Assembly (NCBI RefSeq): GCF_037042905.1
Contig: NC_087245.1
Coordinates: 26,166,001 to 26,230,000 of the forward strand
Length of the DNA stretch: 64,000 nt
Origin: Lytechinus pictus
Taxonomy: Eukaryota
Direction of reading: 5' to 3'
Shown: positions 13,239 through 27,343 of the stretch, piece after piece
How the letters are laid out: each line of letters opens with the position of its first letter
How positions within the stretch are numbered: position 1 is the first letter of the stretch
Notes under the pieces: generated by a model
What the model was told of the DNA's origin: nothing
What the model saw: the letters and a program-made list of their open reading frames with translations, nothing else
The model's database searches: none
Translations under genes and position numbers: made by a program

Positions 13239-16200
13239 ATAATAATAATAATATCTTTATACACTTAAAATGTTGGGCAACATACTGTCTACTGTGTTGA
13301 GTAATGTATTTTGGCAAAAAATATATATATTCTGGGCAATTATTTTTCAGTTTAGCAAATTTATTACCCAATTATTAGTTTCTATCACCCAATTTGGACA
13401 GATTTTAACCAGTAGTTGTATGGAAAGTATGTTGCCCAGGGTTAGTTAAAGGTTGGGCATTTTTGCCCAACTATTTTAAGAGTGTAAAGACAAATAAATA
13501 TTTTAACATCAATACGCGGTTGAAACACCCAAATATAATTTCCATTTCGGCGATGTGAACAGTGAGATGATAACTTCAATAGAATATTCCATCTTTGAGA
13601 GAGAGAGAGAGAGAGAGAGAAGAAGAAGAAGAAGAAAATCCTAATGAAAACAAGAATTTAAATAACAGTAGAATGGTTAATAACTGTAATCACGAAATCA
13701 CCATGAGCGAATGAACATTCTTAATCCTACCACCAACCTGTAAATTTTGAGGACAAGCATTCCATAGGCAATGGCAAACCCCCAACCTCTGAGCCACTTT
13801 GCGAGGAAGCAGGTCAGTGCACATGGTTCGAAGTACATAGCGATAAGTTCAGCATAGAGAACAAAGGCTCCAATGAGGAGAACGACAAGCATCCACGGAC
13901 TGTCACAGCAAATCACCTGTAATAGTATTTAAAGTATTGAGTTCAAATTAGGGTTTGCATGCTCTTTATATGAGCTGTGCATTTAATCTCTTTTTTTCAA
14001 CGACATATAGATGTTGGTTCGGTGGGAAGTCCTTCCCTTTGAAAGAATTATCCGAATTGTAATGTTATTATGAAATCGATTATTTTGTCTATGACTTTTA
14101 TGTAACTCTTTAAATACTACTTGGATTATGGGCAGTTTAATCGGCGTGATAGCTTCCTTTCCTTACAATGTACTTCTATGAAGTAACTAGTATGATATGG
14201 AATATGTACAGCATAGAAATACATTGCAATAGTGCGTTGCACTTTGTATTATGTTAGATAAAAGTTTGTTGCACTGTGTACTATTTTCTCATACGCGCAC
14301 TATAGCTAACAGGATAGGCACAAGCAGGGGCGTCGATCCATTTTTCAGATGGGGGGGGGGGCAAAATCATGAATCAACTTTCCAAAGGCACTCGATCACA
14401 CAAAACAAACAAACAAACTCACACACACATATATGCCTATATATATATACATATATATGACTCATGAGATAGAGACACATATCTCACCAACAAATAAATG
14501 CGAGCGCGAAGCGCGAGCTGAAATTTCTTTATATTCTGACCTGAAAGCTTGATATTCTAAGCATTTTTGGTACTAATGATTAAGATGGGTATCTAAAAAA
14601 CAATAGATGCGAGCGCGAAGCGCGAGCTGAAAATTTTGATATTTCGATCTGAAAAACTTGAGTTTAATGGACGTTTTTAATAAAAAACAAGATATATATC
14701 CAACAAAATATTATTGCAAATCGGTGTGGGAGTTCTTTTGAGGTCTAGAACTGAAAACGGGACATTCTATTCACCTATTTAATCATGAAAAGTATGGGTT
14801 TTTGCTACAGAAATGATGCGACCGCGAAGTGCGAGCTAAAATTTTGTTATATTCCAATCTGAAAAGCGGACATTTTGAGCACGATTTTAGATAAAGAACG
14901 AGTTGTGTATTTCAATTTCGCTTGCTGATTTCTGTGTAACATTACAATCTTATCTTATATTTTTATTTTGCACATGCGGAATTATTGGGGGGGCAAAACG
15001 ATATGTTTGCCCCCCCCCCAATATTTTTATTGGTGGGGCGATCGCCCCCCTGCCCCCCCCCCCCCCGGATCGACGCCTCTGGGCACAAGGAAAGATGAAA
15101 CCTCTTAGCTTTGCCTAAATTTGGTCATATATTTTCAGTTAAGGTAAAAAACAAATTACCGAAAAGGACAAATATTTTGTCTACATGTTATTTCTATATG
15201 AATAATCAAATTATATTTGCGGAGTGGAATATAAAGCAAATAATTTTTTTTTCAGCAAATGAAGCAAACCATCACTTTGTCGTCAAAGTAAATCTTTCTT
15301 CAGTTCCGCTTTCGATAGCCACATCTATATCGTCTCGGAAACGATAGGTTGCATCATCATTTTCACCAACAGAAACTATTTGCTTAATTGAGGAGTAAAT
15401 AATGAGAAATAGTGGGATAGACAATGATACCTACCTTAGCTGTTCTATTTCTGAGGATGATTACGACCAAACCAATCGTCAGGAGCATGCACAAAGCTTG
15501 CATGGTGAGTATGACAGCTCGAAGTATGGCATCGTTAGTCACGAAGCAAGGTGCATCATCCAGACAGGTGGTACAACCTTCACGGCAAGGTCGACAGTCA
15601 AAGTTATGTATATAGTCATCAGCTCCGACACCTCCTTCGTGTTGTGGAGATATTGATAGCATCCAAGCTTGTTCAACCATCGATCCATTGAAGGCCTTTA
15701 CAGGAGCAAAGGTATCAGGGAAGTAGAAACGATCTTTGCAGACACACTGGTAGGAACCACTGGAGAACCCACGTCTTGATACAGGAACGCACTGCGGAAA
15801 GCAAAGCAATGATATGATTATTAGCTTGGTACCATATAACCAGGGTAATATTATCAAAACAGCAAGAGCAGATGTACTCAAATCCTTGAAACTGAGGCGA
15901 AGTTATAAGGTACTTCATGCATATATACATGTGGTTTATGTATTATATGTACGATCTAAAATGATTTATTATGAAAAGTAAAATCTTACACGGATGTACA
16001 ATGGGGTCACTCTGTCTAAGATTTATTTCTAGTATTGATAATACCAATTCGATTACTCTAAGTGCACATTTAGGGTTGCAAATTTGCACCCAAATGAAAA
16101 GGATGAAAAGATACATTATATTCGTTTTTGTTTGCTTCCAGAAATGCCTGTTTGCCTCTTCAAAGTTGCACAAAATATTTGATTTTTGTGCACCTTCCCG

Positions 16201-19200
16201 AAAGGGTAAAACTCTGCATTCTTAAAGCTGGAAATGTAGCTAATTGTACTTTTACAGTGTGCAAAGTTGCACGACAAAAGAGGTCCCAATTTTCAGAAGG
16301 GGGTCGTTCAAAAAAATATCCCAGCCTCAGCTATCACCACTCCCGCGGGGTAGGTCTAGTCGTTTAGAAGACATAATTATATAAAAATGATGGACTTACT
16401 GTTGTAGTGTTTCGACATTTGTGTGTGCCAGCGAAAATCCCTGTTCCATTGTCGCATTGGTCGATATCCATAGACATCAAATCCATATCAACGGACACTA
16501 TGCCTCTGAAAAAATCCAATGTAGAATAATCAATGAGAAATTGATATATGTGTAGAAGAAAGAAGTGCACATGATATTTCACAAATTCAATGATCTACTC
16601 ATTTGTGTTAAGCATTAGAATTTTTGACCGTTTTTCATATTGTAGTTCCCTAAATTGTTTGGATTTTTTACAGGCATAACAGTGTTGCCATGTTGGTATC
16701 AATTATTTTATTTATTAGAGCATTGTAGAAAAAAAAATCCTTTGGTATCAAGGGCATGCTGTCATGACGGAGCTCGAACCTAGAACTTACATGTCTCTAG
16801 TCGGATGCCTTAGACAATCAGCCACCTCATTGTTGATATCACCTAGGCTATAATATCATCGACATTTGTTTGCCCAACCTGCTGGTAGCTTTTCGATAAT
16901 CACAAAAAATTACCCTGCAGTCGATTTTTTCCAATGTATCTTCTTTTTCGTGTTTGGATCTTTCATAGCTAAACAACGTTTGTGTGATCACTCTCCTTAT
17001 CTTAATATAATAATATTTAAATAATATAGGATTTGTATAGTGCACGTATCCACCTTGCTATAGGTGCTCAAGGCGCTCCTATATTACCCCGGCTAAGCTA
17101 GTCTACCGATTCTGGTGCGCTCAGCTTTTTGAGGAATTACTTTCTGCCAGTACCCATTTACCTCACCTGGGTCGAGTGCAGCACAGTGTGGATAAATTTC
17201 TTGCTGAAGGAAAACACGCCATGGCTAGGATTCGAACTCACGACCCTCTGTTTGAAAGGCGAGAGTCTGAACCAGAACGACGCGCCCACAAAATTATCTT
17301 AAGGTACATTATGTTTGGAACATCCAGTAAGTGACTACAATTTTTTTTTTAAGAGTCGAAGAGCAACGGAAGTTAAGCTATCTTGCGCACAATCGACCCT
17401 TTGCGCGCTGATGTTGCAACCTCTTCCTTCAAATTAGGCTAATAAAAGGCAATAGTTCTTGGATAGCATCTATATAATGATGATTGGTATCACTTTAGCA
17501 ATATGGAAATCTTGAATTAAAGATAATAACATGGAAACAATTGTCATTATTAACCACAAAAATTAATTCAGCGAGCAAAGAGTTGATGGCATTTGATAGA
17601 GTGAATCACGGTGTACTTGTTCAGAAACTTATCCAACTAAGGGATGGATGAATCTAATACTGCTGCTATCTTCTATATAGCTATCTAAGCGGACCTATAC
17701 ATTCTGTCAAGGTATGTAGCACCATCTTCGAAGTTTGATCCCTAACTGGTCTGCCTAAAGGGGCAAAATGGGGCCCCTTTTATTCATTAATATTGTTGAT
17801 GTCAGATATTTGCGATGCCCTGGAGGAAGGAATGTCTTGGACTTCTAAAGGTGATACCTCTCCATTTCTATCAGTCCTTTACCTCCTTGAGGATTGTTGT
17901 AGAACAAATAATTAAAAACCGAATCTGAACAAGTGATCTACAATACTTGTGCTCTTGACGAGTATTCGATGAGTTGAGTAAAACCTTTATCAATGGATTT
18001 TCCTACTGCTCTTCTCAGAAAAATCCTGATGTGATTACACAGCAAAAAACTTGTCTGGAGAGGTTCTATGACATTGGCTCCGGCGTCAATTGCTCCAATG
18101 GAAAATTTGCACATTAAGCCAAATATAAAATCTAACCTCCAACACAAATTCAACTCGAATCCTTATCTTCACATTATTCTGAACCAAAAACTTTATTACA
18201 ATCCTAACTCTAATAATATGACATCTGATATAATAAAAACGCAGCAAATGTCGTAGGAGCAAATGTCGTGTCACCTCTGGAAATGTTGCAGAAATACGTC
18301 TGTCACAATGTCTGAGCAGTTGTAACGAACAAAGTGCAACCTCTCGGATCCTCTCTCATTATACATGTTATACTAGTCTTGGTATTATTTTTTTTTTAAC
18401 AAGGGGAAGGTTATTCAATGGATCGATCCAGGATTGACATGTGGAGAGAGAGAGGGGGGGCACTGTGTACAGGAAATATCTTCCAAGCAATAAAAGTTCA
18501 AAGGTCACCACTATAGCAGTACTATCTCAAAAAATAAAATGAAAAAAAATATCAAAACAAACGAGGAAAATGGGCCACACCCCGTCGCCCCCCCCCCCCG
18601 ATCGGCTCCCTAGTTGGCTCAGTGAGTTGCCTTTCTGTAATTCAGCTTGATTTGTCCATGCTAACTCTTTCGCATCTTTTATGGTGTCTGATGATTGTTG
18701 ACGTTCTTCCTTTTCTCACACCCCCCCAAAAAAAAAAAAATTCTTTAATCTCTAATTCTCATATCAATTAAAAAAAACTGTACCTCTCTATATCCTTTAT
18801 TCTCTCCAAAATCTCATATTGTATCATTCATTTTTCTATTAATGAAGTAATTAATATTTACACCCACGAATATTATAAGTATGATTTCTTTAACGATATT
18901 GATTGAAACCATTATGTAAACATTTTTTAATTACTAAGTAACAGCTAAACAAACATTCATATTTCTGTTTTCAGTGGTGGTGGGTGGGGCCTTCCTCTCA
19001 ATCGAATGCGTGCGGTACAAAATGAATTTCCTTATACTCTTCACTGCGTTTCACAGTCGTTTTCTACCATACACAATTTCTTTATTAATCGTATACCCCT
19101 TTGGGGCAATATCACTTTTAAATGAGTTTTTTTCATTACAATTAGGTTCAATTTTTTTTATTTGTTTTTTTTCTAATACTACTGGACAGTGTTTTATTGC

Positions 19201-22200
19201 TAACAAGAGCAATTGATGAGTACTAAAGCTAATATAATAATGAAAATTAAAACAATGAAAATGAAATACGATAAAAGACAATCCCACATGACCAGTAAGA
19301 ACAATTATTAGTACAAAAATAAAAAAAATCATTTCATAAATCAAGGTTCGAGAAATATGAGTGCGCAAAAGATTATCAACAATTATTGTTCGTTTTAGTG
19401 TCTTGAAAATTGATCTCTGATTCTTATTTGATTATATTCGTATGAAATTTATAAGATAGGAAAATGAAAAAATCATTTACACAAGCTCATGTACTGATGT
19501 AAATTTGATCAAAACCATTCAACACTACAATATAAAATTTCTTTACTTCAAATCTCATTTCATAGTTGAATTGACAATAGACGCTCTCCTTTCGTTTAAT
19601 CTAATATTACGAAGAGAGATTGTCGCCTTGTTGAAAGGATGTTGATTTGATAATGAAACACATTTCCCGTCTCATCCCATGCCCGGATCCCATGCCAAGG
19701 TCATAGTATTAAAATTATAATTTCAATGCCATCAACGTAGTACCAAATGGTGTATCAGAAACGATTAAAAGTAATAATCCCATATTCCAAGGAGAGAGAT
19801 CGCAGCATGTTATTATGTTAATGAATTACAACTGAAATAAATATTCCGTTCAAACGACTTAAATCAGCAAACAGTTTGATATTGCATTATGAGTGCAAAG
19901 GTGAAATTATCTCCATCGACTACTCCGAGAGAAATTGAATATCGAGGGCAGACAAGTCAGCAAATTGTTTTCTTGACCTTTTGGTACACTATTCGAGATT
20001 TCTTCTAAAAACCCTTGATATTCGTTTCGACTTCAAACATTCTAAGAAGATATCAATTTCAGTTCCAATTTTGCAAGAGATAGAAAATTTCTCCAAGGAC
20101 AGACATAGTGGTGTTACGGATGGATATGATGGAGAAAATTTGTTTAAAAATTCAAATGCGTGTTCCCGAAAATGGGAGCCACATCTGCTAAAATTTAAAT
20201 ATATAATTTTACGTTGCACCAAAATTTAAAATATTTTGGGGCTTGAATTCTGTTAAAACTGTTATTTCAGTGGAGCTGCTGCTACCCTGTTTAAAGCGAT
20301 AGAGCCTCCTCGATCTGGCGCTGCACAGCGGCTGCCGGGCCCACGATCAATTGGGCAAAGCAAATTTTCGGAGTAATTCATTTCATATGAGCATGAAAAG
20401 CCTAAGGTAGCTAAAATATATTCTTTTATCGCTTATATGCCAAATATTACTAAAGCTTGGAATGTTACGGTGAGATTTTATTGAAAGAATGCAACATTTT
20501 CCCTCAAAACACAATTAAGTGAATCATACAGTTCTATTCATCTATGTTCCAATAAAGTATTAATATGACAATTTTGTACAATATGACCTATTCTATAAAA
20601 CCTAGGTATAGTCATATACCCCGCTTCACAAATATGACGGAAATGATCACAATATTTTACCCAAAATATTTAACATGTATTAAAGTTATATTCAATTCAA
20701 TTTACATTTCACACGATCCTAATATATTTTTCTTTTTTTGACGGGGGGGGGGGGATGGGGTGGCAAGTAATAAAACAAAATAAAATTTCAATCTTTATTA
20801 TTCGATGTTGGGTATATCAGAACATTTAAATGTATACATATATTAATATTAATATTTTGGTGCCTGAAACGGAGTATGGTTCTTTGTATCTGTTTAAATA
20901 ATTTTCAAATAGGTAAGTCAAGGACAGCCACGGTATTCTTATCGAACTTAACATTCATTTTAATGAGCTTAAAACAATAAAATAATATATCTTACACATG
21001 ATATGTGGCACACGTCATATAGCATACATATTTGGAGAAACATAACACTTGTGTTTCATATGGCCTACCACTGTCTCCACAATGTTAGCTGAATAGAGTT
21101 TAAAGTTTAACAAAGCAACATAAATAATTCCTTAATGAAGACTCATGGAGAGTCGGGATACTTTCTATGTGACTAAACACATTCCGGAAAAGCTATGTGA
21201 CATATCTGCAATACTTTGGTTATTAACTCTAGTTATGTTGGGATAATTCTTTACAGTTCGCTTCTCCGTTCCTTAGAGGAGAACCCTGGAATAACAGTAG
21301 GAGCAATAACACGACCATGTCATGCTGATTGATGCACACATAATTGAACAAACTGAACAGTTGTAGTTCAGCAATAATTTGACACGTCTCGATGAAAGCA
21401 CCATGGCATATTGCGTCCGGCCACCCGCCATTCGGCTGTTTTGCTACCTTCTACCATGGAGGTCAAAATGATGTAGGCAATTTATTCATTTGAAAAGAAG
21501 GGCAATCTTGAAAAGAGGGAAACTGCGAAATATGTTTTTATGGGAGTCAAATGAGAATCAAAGGTATTAGGATGATTTCAAACTTTAAAGATGGTCTTCT
21601 ATAAAACTAACTCATTGATCATGTTGATTGAGGTATAATATTATGTTCTAAAATGATTATATTATTGATCAGAGCGGGTAAGTATTAACACTTGTTAACT
21701 CTCAAACTCCAAACCATTAATTTCTTAATTGCACTAGGTAGAGGTGTCATTTTGGGAGATGGGCTAACTTTTTTTGAAACGCATAGCTGCCTGCTGAGAT
21801 GAAAATTATTGTGTCAGTGTTAAGGTTTCCCTGTAGTTAGAAACCAGACTGTTGCTGTAAAACAAGTGTTGATAATTGAAATGTGGATGATTGTGATTTC
21901 GTGCAACTATACACTGTAAAAAATGAAGTGCTAATTTAGCACTTCCAGTGCTTGTATAGTGACTGCACTACCAGTGCTGAGTTTCTAGTTCAAATTTAAA
22001 CTAGACAATCAGCACTCGAAGTGCAGTCACTATACTAGCACTGTATAGTGCTAAAATAGCACTTTTTTTTACAGTGTAGAGCAGAAGACCAGTGGCGGAA
22101 CCAAGATGGGGGGCATTTCTGGCCCGTGCCGCCCCCCCCCCCTTGAGAGACATAGTCAAAATGTGTAATGTAAATATGTCGTTCATGCACAAATGTGCCT

Positions 22201-25200
22201 CCCCCCATTTGAGAGTCACAGCCAATATATTCTTTAATGGGAATATGCCGCTCAAACAACTGGACCCGCCCCTGCAGAAGACAGTGGAACAAAATCTTCA
22301 TTGTGGGATACTAGTATTGAATAGTAATTGGAGAGGTCATAACAGTTACTACCATATTATTTAAAATTTATTGTTCACACGCACACCCTCAAAGGCACAC
22401 GCGTCACACATCAACCCGCACCCTCATACATAAGCGCATTGATTCTTAAGTCAAACATGATGATGATGATGATGATGATGATGATTATTATTATTATTAT
22501 TATCATCATCATCATTGTGTGGTGGTGGTGGGTGCTGGTGTTATTCTTACTTTCATTTGTCATACAAGTTTGACATTCAAATGTATTAGCCTTTTATAAT
22601 GCACGTATATAGTTCGTTCCCATGCATGCTTCCATTGAAACGTTCTCTTTCACGTATTCAAGAAAATTGATATTCGTTTTTATCCAAACTTGTCAGATCG
22701 CAGATATGCGATAAACGTGATAGGTCTTAAAGGGTGTTGTTTATAATAATTGCACATTCTTAACAACAAAACGATTTAGTTCAAGTTTTAAGGGAAAATG
22801 ACAGCAAGTTTTACTGGTTTGAATAAATACTGAAAATCATATGGACAGCAGATCGCAAGTCATAAAAGATAACTGCGCTATGCTCGAATTGCAGTGAAGA
22901 TTCCCCGGGTAAATAAAAGTAAAACTCAATAACGAAATAACTTTGAAGAACTAAAGTCACAACGAATACCACAGTAGATTTCATGTACAAATGTCTTGGA
23001 CATTGGAGTTAATCATGAACTAAAGGTGAATTATAAAACTAAGGGTCTATCTGAGTGTCTGCATCTGGCTTTCTGACTTCACATCCTTCTTTCCAATTCA
23101 GACTGCATACGAAGGCAATGATTCCATACGCCCATTGTATGACGTAAATGGCATAACTCAAGAATGCGTAGCCTTGTGTTCAACTTAATTCTCTAGCTCT
23201 CTTACAAAAGTCTTCATCTTATTTATTTCAGTTATTCTAAAAATATACTCTAGCTGTGATAACTGATGCGATGTAAAATTCAAAGGAAGAAGTATCTATT
23301 CGCAAAAAATAAAATAAATGCTATGGGTTGTTTTGCAGCTCACAAACACGTCAGTCTGATATTACACAGCCATATTTGTCATTATTATCATCATTGTCAT
23401 TATCATCATCATCATCATATTATGGGGTATATTTTTAGGTATGTGCATACATAATTATGTAGGGATGTATAATCTGTAAGAGTATACCAATTATTTTCAT
23501 TGATTTTGACCCATTCTCTTTTTTTATTTTTCTGTATTTGAATGAAAATCAAACTTGTATATTTAAGGACATAGAGCTTGATCCGTCTTGCACCATTTAT
23601 TACTTACAACTTACTTCATCGGGGCCCGCAGCTCTACAAGCTTGATCATGTTTCTTTGACTTAAATTAAGCTTTAATTGACTGGTTGTATCATTATGTTA
23701 CTTGTATACTTTTGATTTGTATGTAATTTAATATTATGCATTATATTTGCTGTTTCTTACATGTGAAACAGATGTCAAACGAGAATATAAGAAATGAAAT
23801 GAAAAACAAATGAATGAAAATGAAATGATGATGATCATCATCATCTTCATCACCAGCATCCATGATTTTTTCGTTTTTAACATCTTCTTTTGCCATAAAC
23901 GTTAATTTGTAATAATGATTACATTTTAATGGCATTCCTTCTTTGCGATTACATAACTCTAGATGAACCAATTGATTATTATTTTGTTGCAGCTTTGAAC
24001 ATAACTTCAGTTAATTGTTCGCAATTTCCTACATGTATATCAATTTTGTATTAAATTTTGTATAATGTTATATTTGGATATTATGTTATAATTTTGTATT
24101 ATGTTATATTTGGACAAGATGTTTATTATTCATGAATGCGGAAGAAAACAAACAAACAAGCATGACACTCCTGGTGCTCAACAATCCATGATAACTACGA
24201 AAACTTTTAAAGCCTTTTCAACATCATCACATCACGGAAGAGAACTCTATGAATTAGTAACGTATCAGTACTTAATATTGATGACACTTTTTCTGGTTAT
24301 AAATGCTCATATTTTCCCCATACAAGTTCTCATACTAACAAGCGCCCATTTGATGTGAGACTGCAAGAAAGACAATAGCTTTCAAGAGCGCTAAGTGAAT
24401 TGTGTAGGCCTATGTCTCTATTTAGTGTTGAAATGATATATATATTTGCTATCACATTGTTGTATATTGCTACGGTTTAATATTATCAGTTTCTTTCAAT
24501 ATTACTTTGAATTATAAAATCATCCAGTACAACTATAGGCGGATGTATTATTCAAAGTTTGCAGTGTTAACAAGGGTATTGGTGACAGAATATTACCGCA
24601 TTACCACCTAATATGGCATCATGGACAGATACAAGTGTTTAATCAAGTGATCAAAATGGTGAATAATATAATGTTTCCACTTTTTATGGGAAACCTTGTA
24701 AATGGAGCACAAACGTACAATTAATACATCAAGCATTATGAATCAAGGTGGACAAAGGAATAGATACTAAACAGAAAGATTTGTGTCGGAAATGCAGACT
24801 TCTGATTGGTTGTATCTCAAAAAAGCAATTTATTTTTGTAATTGCATTTGACTTCAGCTCTTTTTGAAACAGACCTCATAACTACTTAACGTTGATTAAG
24901 ATTGTGTTGTGAAATGAGCCAGGGATACTTTAGAAATTATTAATCATAATGAAAGGTTTTGTCGAGTAGCCTTCAGTTCAAGATAAGCTATTTCGTATCG
25001 CAGTGATGCATTTACTAACGTTGTTATATATCCTCCCTTTTGAGGTGTCAACGTAAAATGTAAAAACATGGACCTGTCAGTTTGGTACAGTTCACAATGA
25101 CGTGTAAAAGTACCTCTATGTATGATATTAATATTATTAATGGCAGCTTATATTTCAATTTTTTTATTTACGTACTTAATGGGAATCTGAACAGGTGAAT

Positions 25201-27151
25201 AAATCAAAACTTCCAATAGGGATATCATTTCAAAGATACGTTTTTTCCTACAAAAAATGTTTAATATAATTTATAAATCGTGTTTACTGTAGTCAACGCA
25301 ATAGATATTCACTGAAGACAAACACCCACACGTACACCCGTGAGAGTGCTCACACACAAATATACTCACACTTCCACAACCTGGCATGCCTCAACCGCAC
25401 ATTTACAATCACACACAATGTTTTTCAAACAGACCCATACACATACCCCACACATACCCTTCACACACGCACACCCTCAAAAGCACACGCATCACACACA
25501 CTAACCCACACCCTCATACACATATAAAGCGCATTGATTCTTAAGTGAAACATCGTTCATTTAAAAGGGCACTGTATAAAATAAATGTCTTGCTCATGGG
25601 AAAATGTCATCCACCGTCATTTAAAGATGAACCTTTTAATTACTCTTCTAAGCAATCTTATTACGTAATCGGTTCAATTTTAGAATTTTGCTTCTCCTTT
25701 TTAATCAACAAGCTTATTTTTTCCTAAATTGATTCATCGTCAGATCAAATTCCCAATTGACGAATTTCATGCAATACTATTGAAACTGCAATAAGAGGGG
25801 ATTAAAGAAACCATATAAACTCGGTAACATAGAATAAAGTAGCCACTTGGATGCCTATTGCTCATCATTCATCTTCGATATTCATTTTTGTACTGTCAGT
25901 GCATTGACTGGATATTATTATGATTCAACCTATAGCTGAGCGCCAGACACGGTGAGCGTAACATGACACTCGGCAGTCGAAAGCAAAGAGTTCCTCAGGG
26001 TAGTATATTGTTAGTAGTCAGAGATCCCAACTGTGCATAATTTATGTCAAAAGGAAGAAGAAGAAACAGCGCGCGCCAGTAGAGGCTATATAGAGTTTTC
26101 ATAAATAGAAAATTGATTTCTATGATATGAAGAGTTTCTAGTGATACGGTAGTTTATGGTCATTATTTAAGGCTGATGGTTTCGTAATAAGCACTTAACT
26201 GATGGTATGTATCGCGCACTGTGCTTGTTCTTATACCTACACTCTTTGACAATGATGTGAATATATTACAGTAAAGGAGGGACGTTTACTCACTGTCTTT
26301 ATAAGCCATGAGTGACTGCTAAGAAAAATCATTAATTCACGTTTCATCTGATTTCTAGAGTATCAAATCGTTGCTTACAATAGTGGCGTAATACAGCAAC
26401 TGCATTATTTGGTTAAAGTATATTCCACTTCAAATTTAATACAAATGTAAAGAGAAAGGCTTGTTACGGGGGGAGTTCAAGACGATATATCAGTCAAGCA
26501 TTCTGTTATTCAATCATTATTTCATTATCGTGTCCTTCCCCCAATTTCACATGGAAAATTTCAGCATAGGAATAAATGATAAATAAGCTAAACTTCAACA
26601 TAGCTATAATCAAAGGGTAATGAGAATATATAGAACATGGCAATAAAAAATATAAATTGGACCTACAGAAATCTGGAGATTTTCTGACGTGAAAAAATCT
26701 AAAGGGGTCGCATCTTATTTAGAATTTGGTTAATATAATAGATTAAAATGCTTATAAATTATAGCTATTAATAGTAAGCTATAAGTTCCCTAAAACCTTA
26801 CATTACCTATGCATGATCATTATGAAATGTGTTTTCAAAAGGGGGACGTTATGTTCAAACTGCTATTTCAATGTTCAAAAATAAAAAAGCAATATTACCT
26901 TTTAATATCTCCTCTCTTTTTCAACTTAATAAACACATCAATTTTTACAATACCCGGCAAAGTTCGAAATGACACAACTCAAAAGTCATCAAGGTCCTCG
27001 AATATGAAAATCTTTGAATGTCATTGTTACATCATGTAGCTTCTTAAACTGTTTTAAACGAAAATGTAAGTCAAGCTTGCTATCCACTTACAGTAATTTT
27101 TTTCTACAATGTCTGTACATGCATATTCTATATTCCTTAATAGCTTACTAT

Positions 27152-27188
<37 letters not shown>

Positions 27189-27308
27189 TATGCTATGAAT
27201 CCAGTGACCGGGTAATAATAATTGTGAAGCGCTTTGAGCAGTCGTAGATTGATAAAGCGCTATATAAATGCCAATTATTATTATTATTATAGTATTATAT
27301 ATATATAT

Positions 27309-27343
<35 letters not shown>

